Assembly (NCBI GenBank): GCA_044224315.1
Contig: JBGAKR010000005.1
Coordinates: forward strand, 21,442-85,441
Source of the DNA: Bacteroidia bacterium
GTDB lineage: Bacteria > Bacteroidota > Bacteroidia > NS11-12g > UBA955
DNA: 64,000 nt
Direction: 5' to 3'
The notes beneath the pieces are model-generated. The model saw only the letters and a program-made list of their open reading frames with translations, was not told the DNA's origin and did no database searches. Below are positions 1 to 10,100 of the stretch, piece after piece (the stretch's first letter is position 1; each line of letters starts with the position of its first letter). The position numbers were made by a program, and so were the translations under genes.

Positions 1-8
1 ACTACTCA

Positions 9-935
9 TTGGCTGGCTCTCCGGCCGGTTACGATGGCAAAACCTACCATAGCTGGACTGTAGGAAAAGCCGGTACCTATGTGGTTTGTCTAAAACTGGT
101 TGATACCTGCACAGGCTGCGATACCACAATCTGCCGCGAAGTAACCGTAGCCAGTTGCTGCAACTTCTCCGGCACTGACTTTACCATTACCAATAACGCC
201 AGCAAGTGCATGTACACCTTTACTGGCAGTGCCAGCAACAATGGCTGCCTTAAATACAACTATACAATTTCTAACAATGGTGGCAGCTCATACACCAACC
301 TTGGCAACGGACGTGTAATTGATTACCAGATGAAAGCCAACGGCACTTATAGTGTATGCCTGAAAGTGACTGACACTTGCAAAAAATGTGATACCACCAT
401 TTGCAAAACCTTTAAAGTAGATTGCGCTTGCTCTGCCAAAGCCAGCTTTACTGTAGACAGCATTACAACTGCAGGTATAGCTTATATTAAAAATACCAGT
501 ACAGGTGCATCTTACTACAGTTGGGATTTTGGTGACAGCAGCAGCAGCACCAGCTCAGCACCTGGCAAACACGCCTACAATGCTTCGGGCGGATACACCA
601 TTTGTCTTACAGTATGGGATGCCAACAAAACCTGCAGCACCAAATACTGTGTAACCATTAAAGTGGTAAAAACCCGCAATGCCGCATCAACAGAAAATAT
701 TAAAGTAACCGTACCTGTAAATATCTATCCCAACCCTGCTTCTGGCAACTTCACCATCACTACAATGGGAAGCGCTAACTATCAGGTATTGGATATGCAG
801 GGTAGAGTTATTACATCCGGCAGCCTGATAAACAGCACCCAGATTAACGCGGCCACCTGGATGGATGGTGTTTACCTGGTGCGCATCACTACACCCGAAG
901 GAACTGGAACTACAAGGGTAGTTGTCCAAAAATAA
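9..935 (+). CDS. Secreted cysteine-rich PKD-domain repeat protein with a T9SS C-terminal sorting domain; 5' partial, likely continuing upstream of the window.
   Basis: About 100-aa repeat modules carry a PKD-like signature (WDFGDSS...H.Y...G.Y.ICL.V.D) plus extra conserved Cys (VCLK(L/V)xDTCxxCDTTIC). The C-terminus NIYPNPASGNFTI...GVYLVRITT...VVVQK is a typical T9SS type-A CTD. The track start is TTG at the window edge. Confidence 0.7.
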   Translation: MAGSPAGYDGKTYHSWTVGKAGTYVVCLKLVDTCTGCDTTICREVTVASCCNFSGTDFTITNNASKCMYTFTGSASNNGCLKYNYTISNNGGSSYTNLGNGRVIDYQMKANGTYSVCLKVTDTCKKCDTTICKTFKVDCACSAKASFTVDSITTAGIAYIKNTSTGASYYSWDFGDSSSSTSSAPGKHAYNASGGYTICLTVWDANKTCSTKYCVTIKVVKTRNAASTENIKVTVPVNIYPNPASGNFTITTMGSANYQVLDMQGRVITSGSLINSTQINAATWMDGVYLVRITTPEGTGTTRVVVQK

Positions 936-974
936 TCAACCGGTAATTCCGGTTTTATACTCCTAATTTCTGAA

Positions 975-1002
975 AGGCCGTTCTCCTGAACGGCCTTTTT
1001 TA
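975..1002 (+). terminator. Rho-independent terminator following the PKD/T9SS gene.
   Basis: Hairpin aggccgtt-(loop)-aacggcct followed by a T-run (cggcctttttt). Confidence 0.6.
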
Positions 1003-1095
1003 TTGCATACCTAAGCCTGTTGCCTTCAAATTGGAACATAAATCACGCGAAAAGCTGCATTTTTGCTATACCTTTGTACCGTAAATCAAAGATTT

Positions 1096-1965
1096 ATGCA
1101 ACGCCAAACTAATAATTTTATACTTGTGCCAACCGACTTTTCGGAAGTGGCCAACAACGCGGTAAACCACGCAATTACCGTAGCAAAAGCTTACAAAAAC
1201 GGAATCACCCTATTGAGCATTGTGGAAGAGAGCTTTCTATCCGGCCTTTTCTCTTCATCTCAAAGCGATTTGGTGAAAGAAGCAATTGAAACCCGTCTGC
1301 AAAAACAGGCCGAAGACATTCGCAACATGCACAAGTTGGAGGTAAATACCCGCATCGAATCTGGCAGAGTTTATAAAAAAATCAGCGAAATAGCCAACGA
1401 AAACCAATACGATTCTATCATCATGGGAAGCCATGGTGCCAGCGGCTTGGAGCAAGTAATCGGCAGCAATGCATCTCGCACCATTCAGTATGCAACCGTG
1501 CCTGTGGTTGTAGTAAAAAGCCAGCCTGTGCGCGAAGGGTATAAAAAAATTGTAATGCCCATGGACTTGAGTATCGAAAGCCGTCAAAAAGTAGAGTGGG
1601 GAAAACACCTTGCCAAACAATTTGATTCTGAAATCCATATTGTGTACACCAGCAGCAGCGATGAGTTTACCCAAAACCGCATTAATGCCACTATAAAACA
1701 CGTGGAATACGAATTGGCCAGCGCCAATGTGAAGTTTGTAACTTCAGAAATTGAAGACAAAATGCTCGAAAATTTTGCCACTGAAGTACTTACTTATGCC
1801 GACAATATGAAAGCCGACCTGATTTTGGCAATGACCCATACCGAAAAAGGCATTACCGACCTGATGATTGGCACACTTACCCAGCAATTGGTAAATCGCA
1901 GCGAAAACATACCAGTGATGTGCATACACCCGCACGAAACCGGCTACAATTACGATTATCAATAA
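1096..1965 (+). CDS. Universal stress protein with tandem UspA domains.
   Basis: First in-frame ATG at 1096 (track start TTG at 1063). Two Usp-like halves (ILVPTDFSEVANNAVNHAI...IIMGSHGASGLEQVIGSNASRTIQYATVPVVVV and the second half ...ILAMTHTEKGITDLMIGTLTQQLVNRSENIPVMCI). Confidence 0.75.
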   Translation: MQRQTNNFILVPTDFSEVANNAVNHAITVAKAYKNGITLLSIVEESFLSGLFSSSQSDLVKEAIETRLQKQAEDIRNMHKLEVNTRIESGRVYKKISEIANENQYDSIIMGSHGASGLEQVIGSNASRTIQYATVPVVVVKSQPVREGYKKIVMPMDLSIESRQKVEWGKHLAKQFDSEIHIVYTSSSDEFTQNRINATIKHVEYELASANVKFVTSEIEDKMLENFATEVLTYADNMKADLILAMTHTEKGITDLMIGTLTQQLVNRSENIPVMCIHPHETGYNYDYQ

Positions 1966-1985
1966 AAAAAATTATGCATATAAAT

Positions 1986-2014
1986 CCTCCCGCAAAACGG
2001 GGGGATTTTTTTTT
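1986..2014 (+). terminator. Rho-independent terminator following usp; it may also serve the convergent TRIC gene.
   Basis: cctcccg-caaaa-cgggggg hairpin followed by a T9 run. Confidence 0.6.
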
Positions 2015-2027
2015 GCCTTATACCGTG

Positions 2028-2648
2028 CTACGATTCGTTGTTACGCACAAAGCGCGGCAAACTAAGTTGATACTTTACTGCCACATATCGGATAATAAAA
2101 ATCATACCGAATGAGGTAAGAAAAGCCACCGTTTTTTCTACCTGTAAATACTCAAGTCCAAGATATACCAAAGCCCCAGCCAAACAGGCAGTTGCATAGA
2201 TTTCCTTTTTAAAAATAATGGGTTCTTCGTTACTCAAAACATCGCGTAAAATACCCCCCATTACTGCAGAAAACATGCCCAGTATTGCTGCTACAGGTGG
2301 CGCTACTCCCAAAGCCAGGGCCTTTTGGGTACCAATAATGGTAAACATGGCAATACCCAAAGAATCGAATACAAAAAATATCTTTTTCCAGTTTTTTAAT
2401 TTGTGATAAAACAAGGCTGTAATAATTAAACCGGCCAGCACAGCATAGATAAAATTCACATCACGCACCCAGCCCAGGGGGTAAGAACCAAGCAAAATAT
2501 CGCGCATGCTTCCGCCACCCGTAGCTGTAACAAAACTAATGAATGTAGCGCCAAACCAATCTGGCGTTGAACGGTGGTTGGCTACCAAAGCACCCGAGGC
2601 CGCAAAAAAGGCTGTACCAAGAATCTCTAAGATATATTGCACCTGCAT
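2028..2648 (-). CDS. TRIC/UPF0126 (YadS/YicG-like) family membrane protein, a putative cation channel.
   Basis: ATG at 2648 (MQVQYILEILGTAFFAASGALVA...). Two UPF0126 repeats with glycine-rich TM helices (FVTATGGGSMRDILLG ... FSAVMGGILRDVL). Confidence 0.7.
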   Translation of the reverse strand: MQVQYILEILGTAFFAASGALVANHRSTPDWFGATFISFVTATGGGSMRDILLGSYPLGWVRDVNFIYAVLAGLIITALFYHKLKNWKKIFFVFDSLGIAMFTIIGTQKALALGVAPPVAAILGMFSAVMGGILRDVLSNEEPIIFKKEIYATACLAGALVYLGLEYLQVEKTVAFLTSFGMIFIIRYVAVKYQLSLPRFVRNNES

Positions 2649-2694
2649 GCATGCAAAGTAAAGGCATGAATGCAAATTGCCTGTAGCCCTTCGA

Positions 2695-5157
2695 TCAAAA
2701 ATCCAGAATTATACCGATTGTGGGTAGCACATTACCGCTACTATTTTTGATATAATCTGCCTTATACGCATTGGGATTTAAGGGATCGGTAATCAAACTT
2801 CCATCGGAATTCTGTGCTGCGATTAAGGTGGCCGGGCCGGTGTACTGCGTATTAAAAAGATTTTGGATATCCAGGTAAAGATTCAATGAAACGCGTTTAA
2901 AATACCAAACTTTATCAACGCGCAAATCAAGCTGATTAAAATTACTTAATCTGCCCGAATTGAGTTTTGTATAATCGGGCAATGCCTGGTTGGTAATATC
3001 CCAATTGGCTTTTAAAAGGGACCTTTCGGTAGCATAGGGGGTATATGGCCTGCCTGTAACCAATCTCCACTTAGCGCCCACCTCCCAGTTCTTTTTGAGT
3101 TTAATACCACCCACCAAACTAAGGGTATGCCTGCTATCCCATGCACTGGCCACATATTCGCCCCGTTTATCAGCAAATTGGCTCCAGGCAAGGGTATAAC
3201 TTACTATGCCGTACAAACCGCTGCGGCTGCGACGTTGCATTAAAAACTCCATTCCATAAGCGCGGCCTTTTCCATTGGAGGTCACAGGTTCATTTCCGGT
3301 TACGGCAAAATCGGCACCCAGATTTCCAAGGCTTATAGAATCGCGCAGGGTAAAAGGATAACGGCTGTAAAGTTTGTAGAATCCCTCTAGGGTTATTTTT
3401 GTTTCGGTACCCTTATTCCATTGCAGGCCTGCTACCGCTTGCTGGCAACGTATATATTGCAAATTGTTTTTATTGGCCAGCTCATTGCTTGCATTGCGAT
3501 AGCCCAATACAGTATAGGCTGGTAATTGATGAAACTGATTGGCATTGATATAAATATTTTTAACCACCGGAATTGAAGTCGACAAAGAAATACCGGGTTG
3601 TTTCAACACATTGGTTGTATTTTTATTATAACTGCTCCCATCCAATCTGGCGCCCACTGCCACCAGTGTTCCTCTGCCAATTGTGCGAGAAAACCGGGTA
3701 AAAACTGCATATTTTACTAAATTCAATTCGCTTGAAAAATTAATTACCTGCTGGCCTGCTGGAGTGCTGATTTTATTGTAGGTACTTACCGTATATCGGG
3801 CAAATTCAGTACCCGCACCGGTAAGATTATTCCAACGTTTTAAGCGCATAGTGTTTTCAAACCTGAGTTTATTTTCGGACTCATTGCTGTTGTAATCCAG
3901 AATTTTATTTGCGGGGTCCGATTCATCATTGTTTTTATATTTTACAGTAACATTGTTTAATTGATTTCGGCTTATAAAATACTGCTGTTTGGAATGAGAC
4001 GCAAAATGCGTATAAACAGCACCTGCAGTGTAATTCCATTGGCTGTAGTCGGGCAAAAAACCCAATATATAATTGTTGTTTTTTAATTGTGCACTATCGG
4101 TTACCCCTTTGTTTACTTTTTCATTTAATTTAAAAAAATCAAATGCTCCGATGCCAATAAATGTAATTTCATTTTTTGCATCAATTTTTGTTTTTACTTT
4201 GGCCTGATAATCGATAAAATTGGGAAGAAAAGGTAATTTTAAAATACTAAATAATCCCTGCAAATAACTTTGACGGGCCGATGCAATAAAGGTAGTTTTT
4301 TTACCAATTGGACCATCCGCGGTAAAGCCCAAATCGCTGCTACCCAGGGTAAATCTAAATTTAGCTTTGTCTTTATTTCCCTCTGTTTGTCTGAAATCTA
4401 CCACTGCACTCATGCCATTGGCCAGGTTAATCGGAAATGCACCGGTGTAAAAATTCACTTCTTTAATGAAGTTTACATTTAAAACACCCACAGGGCCACC
4501 TGTGCTACCCTGGGTTTGAAAGTGATTAATTACCGGAATTTCAATCCCATCCAGATAAAATTTATTTTCAACCGGAGCACCACCGCGAATGATGATATCA
4601 TTTCTGAAACCTGGAATAGAAATTACACCCGGCAGTGATTGTACAATTTTTGAAATATCCCGGTTTCCGCCTGGGTTACGTTCAATTTCGCGAATGCTGA
4701 TTTGCTGGGCAGATACCGGACTTTCGGCCTTGCGATTTTGCAAAGAACTGCGTGAAATATTTACTGTACCAATTTTTTGGGCCTCGGCCTCCAGCACTAT
4801 TTCCACATCGGCACTCTTGCCATAGGTAAACAATTGCTCGGCTGCATAACCTGTTTTATACCCATTTAATTCGGCTGACAAAACATAAAAACCCGGATCT
4901 TTAATTTCCACGCGAAACAACCCATTGCTATCGGTTTTGGCAGTAAAATCTGTTTTAAGCACCTTTACCAAAGCTCCAGAAACAGGGCTATTATTTTCGG
5001 CATCTACCACCTTCCCTTTTACCAAAATCCCCTGGCCTGCTAACAGACCTACACTGCCATAGCATAAAAAAAGCCATGCAACGAACCTATGAATGCCGGG
5101 CCTAACCCATTTGCTGGCTTGATTTTTCAAGTTAGTTATGTTCAATTCAGAATACAT
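2695..5157 (-). CDS. TonB-dependent outer membrane receptor with an N-terminal carboxypeptidase-regulatory-like domain.
   Basis: 820 aa. N-terminal signal and CarbopepD_reg-like segment (GKVVDAENNSPVSGALVKVLKTDFTAKTDSNGLFRVE), followed by plug and beta-barrel regions. Size is typical of the family. Confidence 0.85.
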   Translation of the reverse strand: MYSELNITNLKNQASKWVRPGIHRFVAWLFLCYGSVGLLAGQGILVKGKVVDAENNSPVSGALVKVLKTDFTAKTDSNGLFRVEIKDPGFYVLSAELNGYKTGYAAEQLFTYGKSADVEIVLEAEAQKIGTVNISRSSLQNRKAESPVSAQQISIREIERNPGGNRDISKIVQSLPGVISIPGFRNDIIIRGGAPVENKFYLDGIEIPVINHFQTQGSTGGPVGVLNVNFIKEVNFYTGAFPINLANGMSAVVDFRQTEGNKDKAKFRFTLGSSDLGFTADGPIGKKTTFIASARQSYLQGLFSILKLPFLPNFIDYQAKVKTKIDAKNEITFIGIGAFDFFKLNEKVNKGVTDSAQLKNNNYILGFLPDYSQWNYTAGAVYTHFASHSKQQYFISRNQLNNVTVKYKNNDESDPANKILDYNSNESENKLRFENTMRLKRWNNLTGAGTEFARYTVSTYNKISTPAGQQVINFSSELNLVKYAVFTRFSRTIGRGTLVAVGARLDGSSYNKNTTNVLKQPGISLSTSIPVVKNIYINANQFHQLPAYTVLGYRNASNELANKNNLQYIRCQQAVAGLQWNKGTETKITLEGFYKLYSRYPFTLRDSISLGNLGADFAVTGNEPVTSNGKGRAYGMEFLMQRRSRSGLYGIVSYTLAWSQFADKRGEYVASAWDSRHTLSLVGGIKLKKNWEVGAKWRLVTGRPYTPYATERSLLKANWDITNQALPDYTKLNSGRLSNFNQLDLRVDKVWYFKRVSLNLYLDIQNLFNTQYTGPATLIAAQNSDGSLITDPLNPNAYKADYIKNSSGNVLPTIGIILDF

Positions 5158-5219
5158 TGTTACGATTTCGTTGCAAATTTAATACGATTTCGTTATATTT
5201 GCAACTGTATTCCAAAACG

Positions 5220-5846
5220 ATGTCAAACAGCACTTCTTACATACCCTTAATAGAGAAGTGGGAACAGTATTTAGAAACCACCTCAGAACCCAGCATTGAA
5301 GGGTTTTCTGCATGGGTATTAATGCAGAAGTCCAAACCGAAAGAGGTACTGGTATCCGATTCTTTCGACCAGTATTTTGAATTAAACGCGCACAACAGCG
5401 GCCATGAAATCCATACTGCACGCGCTGGATATTTTATTGGCCGTTTATATAAATATGTAAAGTTTTATACCAAACCTGTGTTTGCCAATGTGGGCTTGGG
5501 CAATCTGGATGAATTTGGCTTACTGGGCGCCCTCGACGAGAAAGGCGAATCAAGCAAAAAAGATTTGATTACCGACAATCTGATAGAGTTTACAACGGGC
5601 ATGGATATTTTAAAACGATTGCAAAAACATGGATTAATTAAAGAAAAAACCAACAAAAACGACAAGCGCGAAAAACTGGTATCCATTACGGCAAAAGGGA
5701 AACGTACACTTTACCACACCTATGCCAGTTTTGCTCAATTGCCCGATGTACTGGCCGATTTGCATTTAAATCAGCGCGAAAGCCTGGTAAAAACCCTATC
5801 ACACCTGGATAAATTTCACAAAAAGCAGGTTGAAAACATGAGTTAA
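5220..5846 (+). CDS. MarR-family (winged-helix) transcriptional regulator, divergent from the TonB-dependent receptor.
   Basis: ATG at 5220 (MSNSTSY...). wHTH-like segment DLITDNLIEFTTGMDILKRLQKHGLIKEKTNKNDKREKLVSITAKGKRTL. Confidence 0.55.
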   Translation: MSNSTSYIPLIEKWEQYLETTSEPSIEGFSAWVLMQKSKPKEVLVSDSFDQYFELNAHNSGHEIHTARAGYFIGRLYKYVKFYTKPVFANVGLGNLDEFGLLGALDEKGESSKKDLITDNLIEFTTGMDILKRLQKHGLIKEKTNKNDKREKLVSITAKGKRTLYHTYASFAQLPDVLADLHLNQRESLVKTLSHLDKFHKKQVENMS

Positions 5847-5957
5847 ACAACCCAATTGCGTTCATTGTTTATTAATTGTTTAAACTTTACCCTGTAGTGA
5901 CTCAAATTTAATAGGTGGTTCATATTATCCGTATAACTTTGTAAAAAAGCAATATAT

Positions 5958-6431
5958 ATGGGCTGGCGCAAATTATCCGGAGAACCAATTGCCGATATTC
6001 TGGCAACGGTTGAAAGTACAATTATCAAAGAGATTTCGGAAGGAAATGACATCAGCATTTGCATTGGTACAGATAGCCAAATGCATGCAAATACGGCCGA
6101 ATTTGCGACTGTAATTGTATTTCTCAGAAAAAAAAGAGGTGGATTTATTTACGTTAATAAAGAAGATTTACCCAAATACCGTGGAAGTTTAAAGCAACGA
6201 ATGCTGGATGAAGTAAGCCGCAGTATTGGCATTGCCTACGACCTTTGCCCACTGCTAGAAAGGTACGACATTGCCATGGAGGTACATGCCGATATAAATA
6301 CCGATCCGCATTTTGAAAGCAATATTGCGCTGAAAGAAGCTATGGGATATATTTTAGGCATGGGTTTTCATTTCAAAGCCAAGCCCGATGCCTTTGCCAG
6401 CAGCAGCTGCGCCAACAAGGTGGTACATTAA
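5958..6431 (+). CDS. YkuK/DUF458 family protein with an RNase H-like fold.
   Basis: 157 aa. Conserved stretch SICIGTDSQMHANTAEFATVIVFLRKKRGGFIYV typical of DUF458. Confidence 0.6.
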   Translation: MGWRKLSGEPIADILATVESTIIKEISEGNDISICIGTDSQMHANTAEFATVIVFLRKKRGGFIYVNKEDLPKYRGSLKQRMLDEVSRSIGIAYDLCPLLERYDIAMEVHADINTDPHFESNIALKEAMGYILGMGFHFKAKPDAFASSSCANKVVH

Positions 6432-6540
6432 TTTTGTAAATTATTTACCGTACAACAGCCAAAAAATCATTTAAAGTTCAATCCTTTTTGCAGGAATTAA
6501 AGTTTAAAAAAGACTAAAACTCAACACTACTAACTCTCAA

Positions 6541-6990
6541 CTACTCCGCTGGTTTACCCTCATTTACCGAGTCTTTAACTTCGGCTTTGGTTTTTTCTGT
6601 TGGCGAATCCTGAGATGACTCTTCTTTAGTCTCAGCTGTCGGTGGAGTTATAGTTTCAGCTGTTTTTTCATCCTTCCCATCAAAAAAATCCTGCACCTTT
6701 TCAATTACGTTTTCTGCAACTTCTTCCACTTTGTCTACCACAGGCATTACATAATCATCCACCTTATCCCACACTTTTTCCGCGGTGTGCTTAATATCTT
6801 CACCTGCATTAGTAGCCATCCCTTTGGCGGTTTCGAGCAACTCGGCTGCTTTTTCTTTACCTGCTTCGGCTTTAGACTCCACCCAGTCTTCTGCCTTGTC
6901 TATTGCTACCTCTACTTTTGAAGGCGCACCTGCGGGTTGATTGGCCTTGTTTCCGCCAAATAACTTTTTGATTGAATCGAATATTCCCAT
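6541..6990 (-). CDS. Small, highly acidic K/E/D-rich hypothetical protein. Its N-terminal amphipathic motif resembles the SecA N-terminus.
   Basis: ATG at 6988-6990 (the track's first codon is GTG at 6996). Protein MGIFDSIKKLFGGNKANQPAG... followed by low-complexity acidic sequence. Divergent from secA. Confidence 0.5.
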   Translation of the reverse strand: MGIFDSIKKLFGGNKANQPAGAPSKVEVAIDKAEDWVESKAEAGKEKAAELLETAKGMATNAGEDIKHTAEKVWDKVDDYVMPVVDKVEEVAENVIEKVQDFFDGKDEKTAETITPPTAETKEESSQDSPTEKTKAEVKDSVNEGKPAE

Positions 6991-7185
6991 ATTCACAAAG
7001 TTAGGCTATTCCAAGGCTTTTGATTGTAACCAAAAGTACATTGGCTGATTATTATTTCTTTACCAACAAGCATAAATCTGCAATTCGTTCACTGCCTTTT
7101 TGTCACACAGAATCAATTTTACCTGCACTTATGGCGCGATTGCCTTTTTTGGATTGCCTTTTGCCCTAAATTCGCGAACCATTTT

Positions 7186-10100
7186 ATGATTGGCGGCTTA
7201 ATTAAAAGTATTTCCAAAGCCTTTGGCGGAAACAAATCTGACCGTGACCTGCGTGAGGTTACTCCTATCGTAGATGCAGTAAACAGCTTCTACCAACAAT
7301 ATCAATCGCTGAGCAATGATGAATTGCGCAATAAAACCAACGAATTCATAGGCCGGATTAACGAATATCTGGTAGATGTAGATGGTGAAATTGCAGCATC
7401 CACTCAAAAACTGGCAGAAACTCCGGAAGATGATACCGAGGTGCGCGATGGCTTATTCCACCAGTTGGATGAATTGGAAAAGGCCCGCGACAACAAATTG
7501 GAAGAAATACTGGACCAGTTGCTGCCTGAAGCATTTGCCGTGGTAAAAGAAACCGCCAATAGGTTTTCGCAAAACAGCATTGTAGAAGCAAAAGCTACGG
7601 ATCTGGATCGCGAACTCTCTGTTTCCAAGCCCCATATTAAAATTGTGGGGGATAAGGTTCAATATGCCAATGAATGGATAGCCGCCGGAGGACAAATAAA
7701 ATGGAACATGGTGCACTACGATGTGCAGCTAATTGGCGGTTGGGCTTTGCATAAAGGTAAAATTGCCGAGATGGCTACCGGTGAAGGTAAAACCCTGGTT
7801 TCTACGCTTCCATCTTACCTCAATGCCTTGGGTAAACGCGGTGTGCATTTGGTAACCGTGAATGATTACCTGGCCCGACGCGATGCTGAGTGGAATGCAC
7901 CAATTTTTAACTTCCTGGGACTTACTGTAGACTGCCTTGAATATCACCAGCCAAACAGTGCCGAACGCCGCAAAGCCTACCAGGCTGATATTACCTATGG
8001 CACCAACAACGAATTTGGCTTTGATTACCTGCGCGATAATATGGCCCACAGCCCCGAAGAGCAAGTGCAGCGCAAACACCACTTTGCCATGGTGGATGAG
8101 GTGGATAGCGTATTGGTGGATGATGCCCGTACCCCATTGATTATTTCGGGTCCAACCCCACACGGCGACGACCAACAATTTGAGGCGCTGAAACCCCGCA
8201 TTCAAAAACTGGTTGAAGCCCAGAAAAAATACATCAACACGGCATTGAACGATGCCAAAAAACTGATTGCAGAAGGCAATACAGGCTATAAGGAAGGGGA
8301 AGGCGGGCTGGCACTTTTGCGTGCCCACCGTGGATTACCCAAAAACAAATCGCTGATTAAATTTCTGGGTGAATCTGGCGTAAGGGCTATTTTAACAAAA
8401 ACCGAGAGCCACTACCTGCAGGATCAACAAAAGGAAATGCCAAAGGCCGATGAGCCCCTGTATTTTACCATTGAAGAAAAAACCAACAGTGTAGACCTTA
8501 CCGAACGCGGTATTGAGCTTATTACGGGTCAGGGAGAAGAAGCCCATTTCTTTGTAATGCCTGATGTGGGAAGTGAAATTGCAGAGATTGAAAAAGCCGG
8601 CGGCTCGGATGAAGAAAAACGCCGCAAAAAAGAAGAACTGATGCGCGATTTTGCTGTAAAAAGCGACCGCATACACTCTGTGCAGCAGCTGTTAAAAGCT
8701 TATACCATGTTTGAAAAAGACGTGGAATACATTGTGCAGGACAATAAAGTAAAAATAGTAGATGAACAAACCGGCCGTGTATTAGACGGACGCCGGTATA
8801 GCGACGGATTGCACCAGGCCATTGAAGCAAAGGAAAATGTAAACGTAGAGGCAGCCACCCAAACCTACGCAACCATTACCCTGCAAAACTTTTTCAGAAT
8901 GTACCACAAGTTGGCAGGTATGACTGGTACGGCCGAAACCGAAGCCCAGGAACTGTGGGATATTTACAAGTTGGCCGTAATGGTAATTCCAACCAACAAA
9001 AATGTAATACGCAAAGACTTTGAAGACCAGGTGTACAAAACCGTTCGCGAAAAGTTCAATGCCGTAATTGACGAAATTAACAAACTCACAGCAGAAGGGC
9101 GTCCCGTATTGGTGGGTACTACCAGCGTAGAGGTGAGCGAGGTGCTGAGCAGGATGCTTAAAATGCGCGGCATAAAGCACAATGTACTGAATGCAAAACA
9201 ACACCAGCGCGAGGCAGAAATTGTAGCCGAGGCAGGTAAAGCAGGTGCCGTAACCATTGCTACCAACATGGCAGGTAGGGGTACAGATATTAAAATAGGT
9301 GAAGATGTAAAAGCCGCAGGCGGTTTGGCCATTATAGGTACCGAACGCCATGATAGCCGACGTGTAGACCGGCAGTTGCGGGGTCGTGCGGGCCGTCAGG
9401 GAGATCCCGGTACGTCTCGCTTCTATGTTTCACTGGAAGACGATTTGATGCGCATTTTCGGTGCAGAAAGAGTAAGTAAATTTATGGACCGCTTTGGATA
9501 CAAAGAGGGCGATGTAATTGAACACAAATGGATGTCGAAAACCATCGAACGCAACCAAAAGCGCATGGAGCACAACAACTTTGGCATTCGTAAACGTTTG
9601 CTGGAGTATGATGATGTAATGAATAAACAGCGTACCAACATTTACCGTATGCGCCGCAACGCATTGTATGGCGACCGCCTGAGCATTGATTTGCGCAATA
9701 TGGTGTATAATTGGTGCGAAGCGCAAGTAGCAACAGCCAAAGCTGCGGATAGTTTTACCGATTTGGAAATGGAAGTATTGAAAACCCTGGCCATGGGTGT
9801 TCCATTTACCGAAGATGATTTCAGAAAAGGAAAAGAAGAAGCATTGGCCGAAGAACTTTTCAATTACTTGCTGGAACGTTATCACCAAAAAACAGAAGAA
9901 ATGCGCACCCAGGCATTGCCGGTTTTTAAAAATATACGAGCCGAACAGGGCGACCGCATTGAAAATGTAGTGGTACCTATGTCTGATGGATTCCACAAAT
10001 TCCAGATTCTTGTTTCCATGGATAAAGCCCTGAAAAATGATTGTAGGGAATTGGTGCACGAATTTGAAAAACTTACCACCCTGCAGATTATTGATGATGA

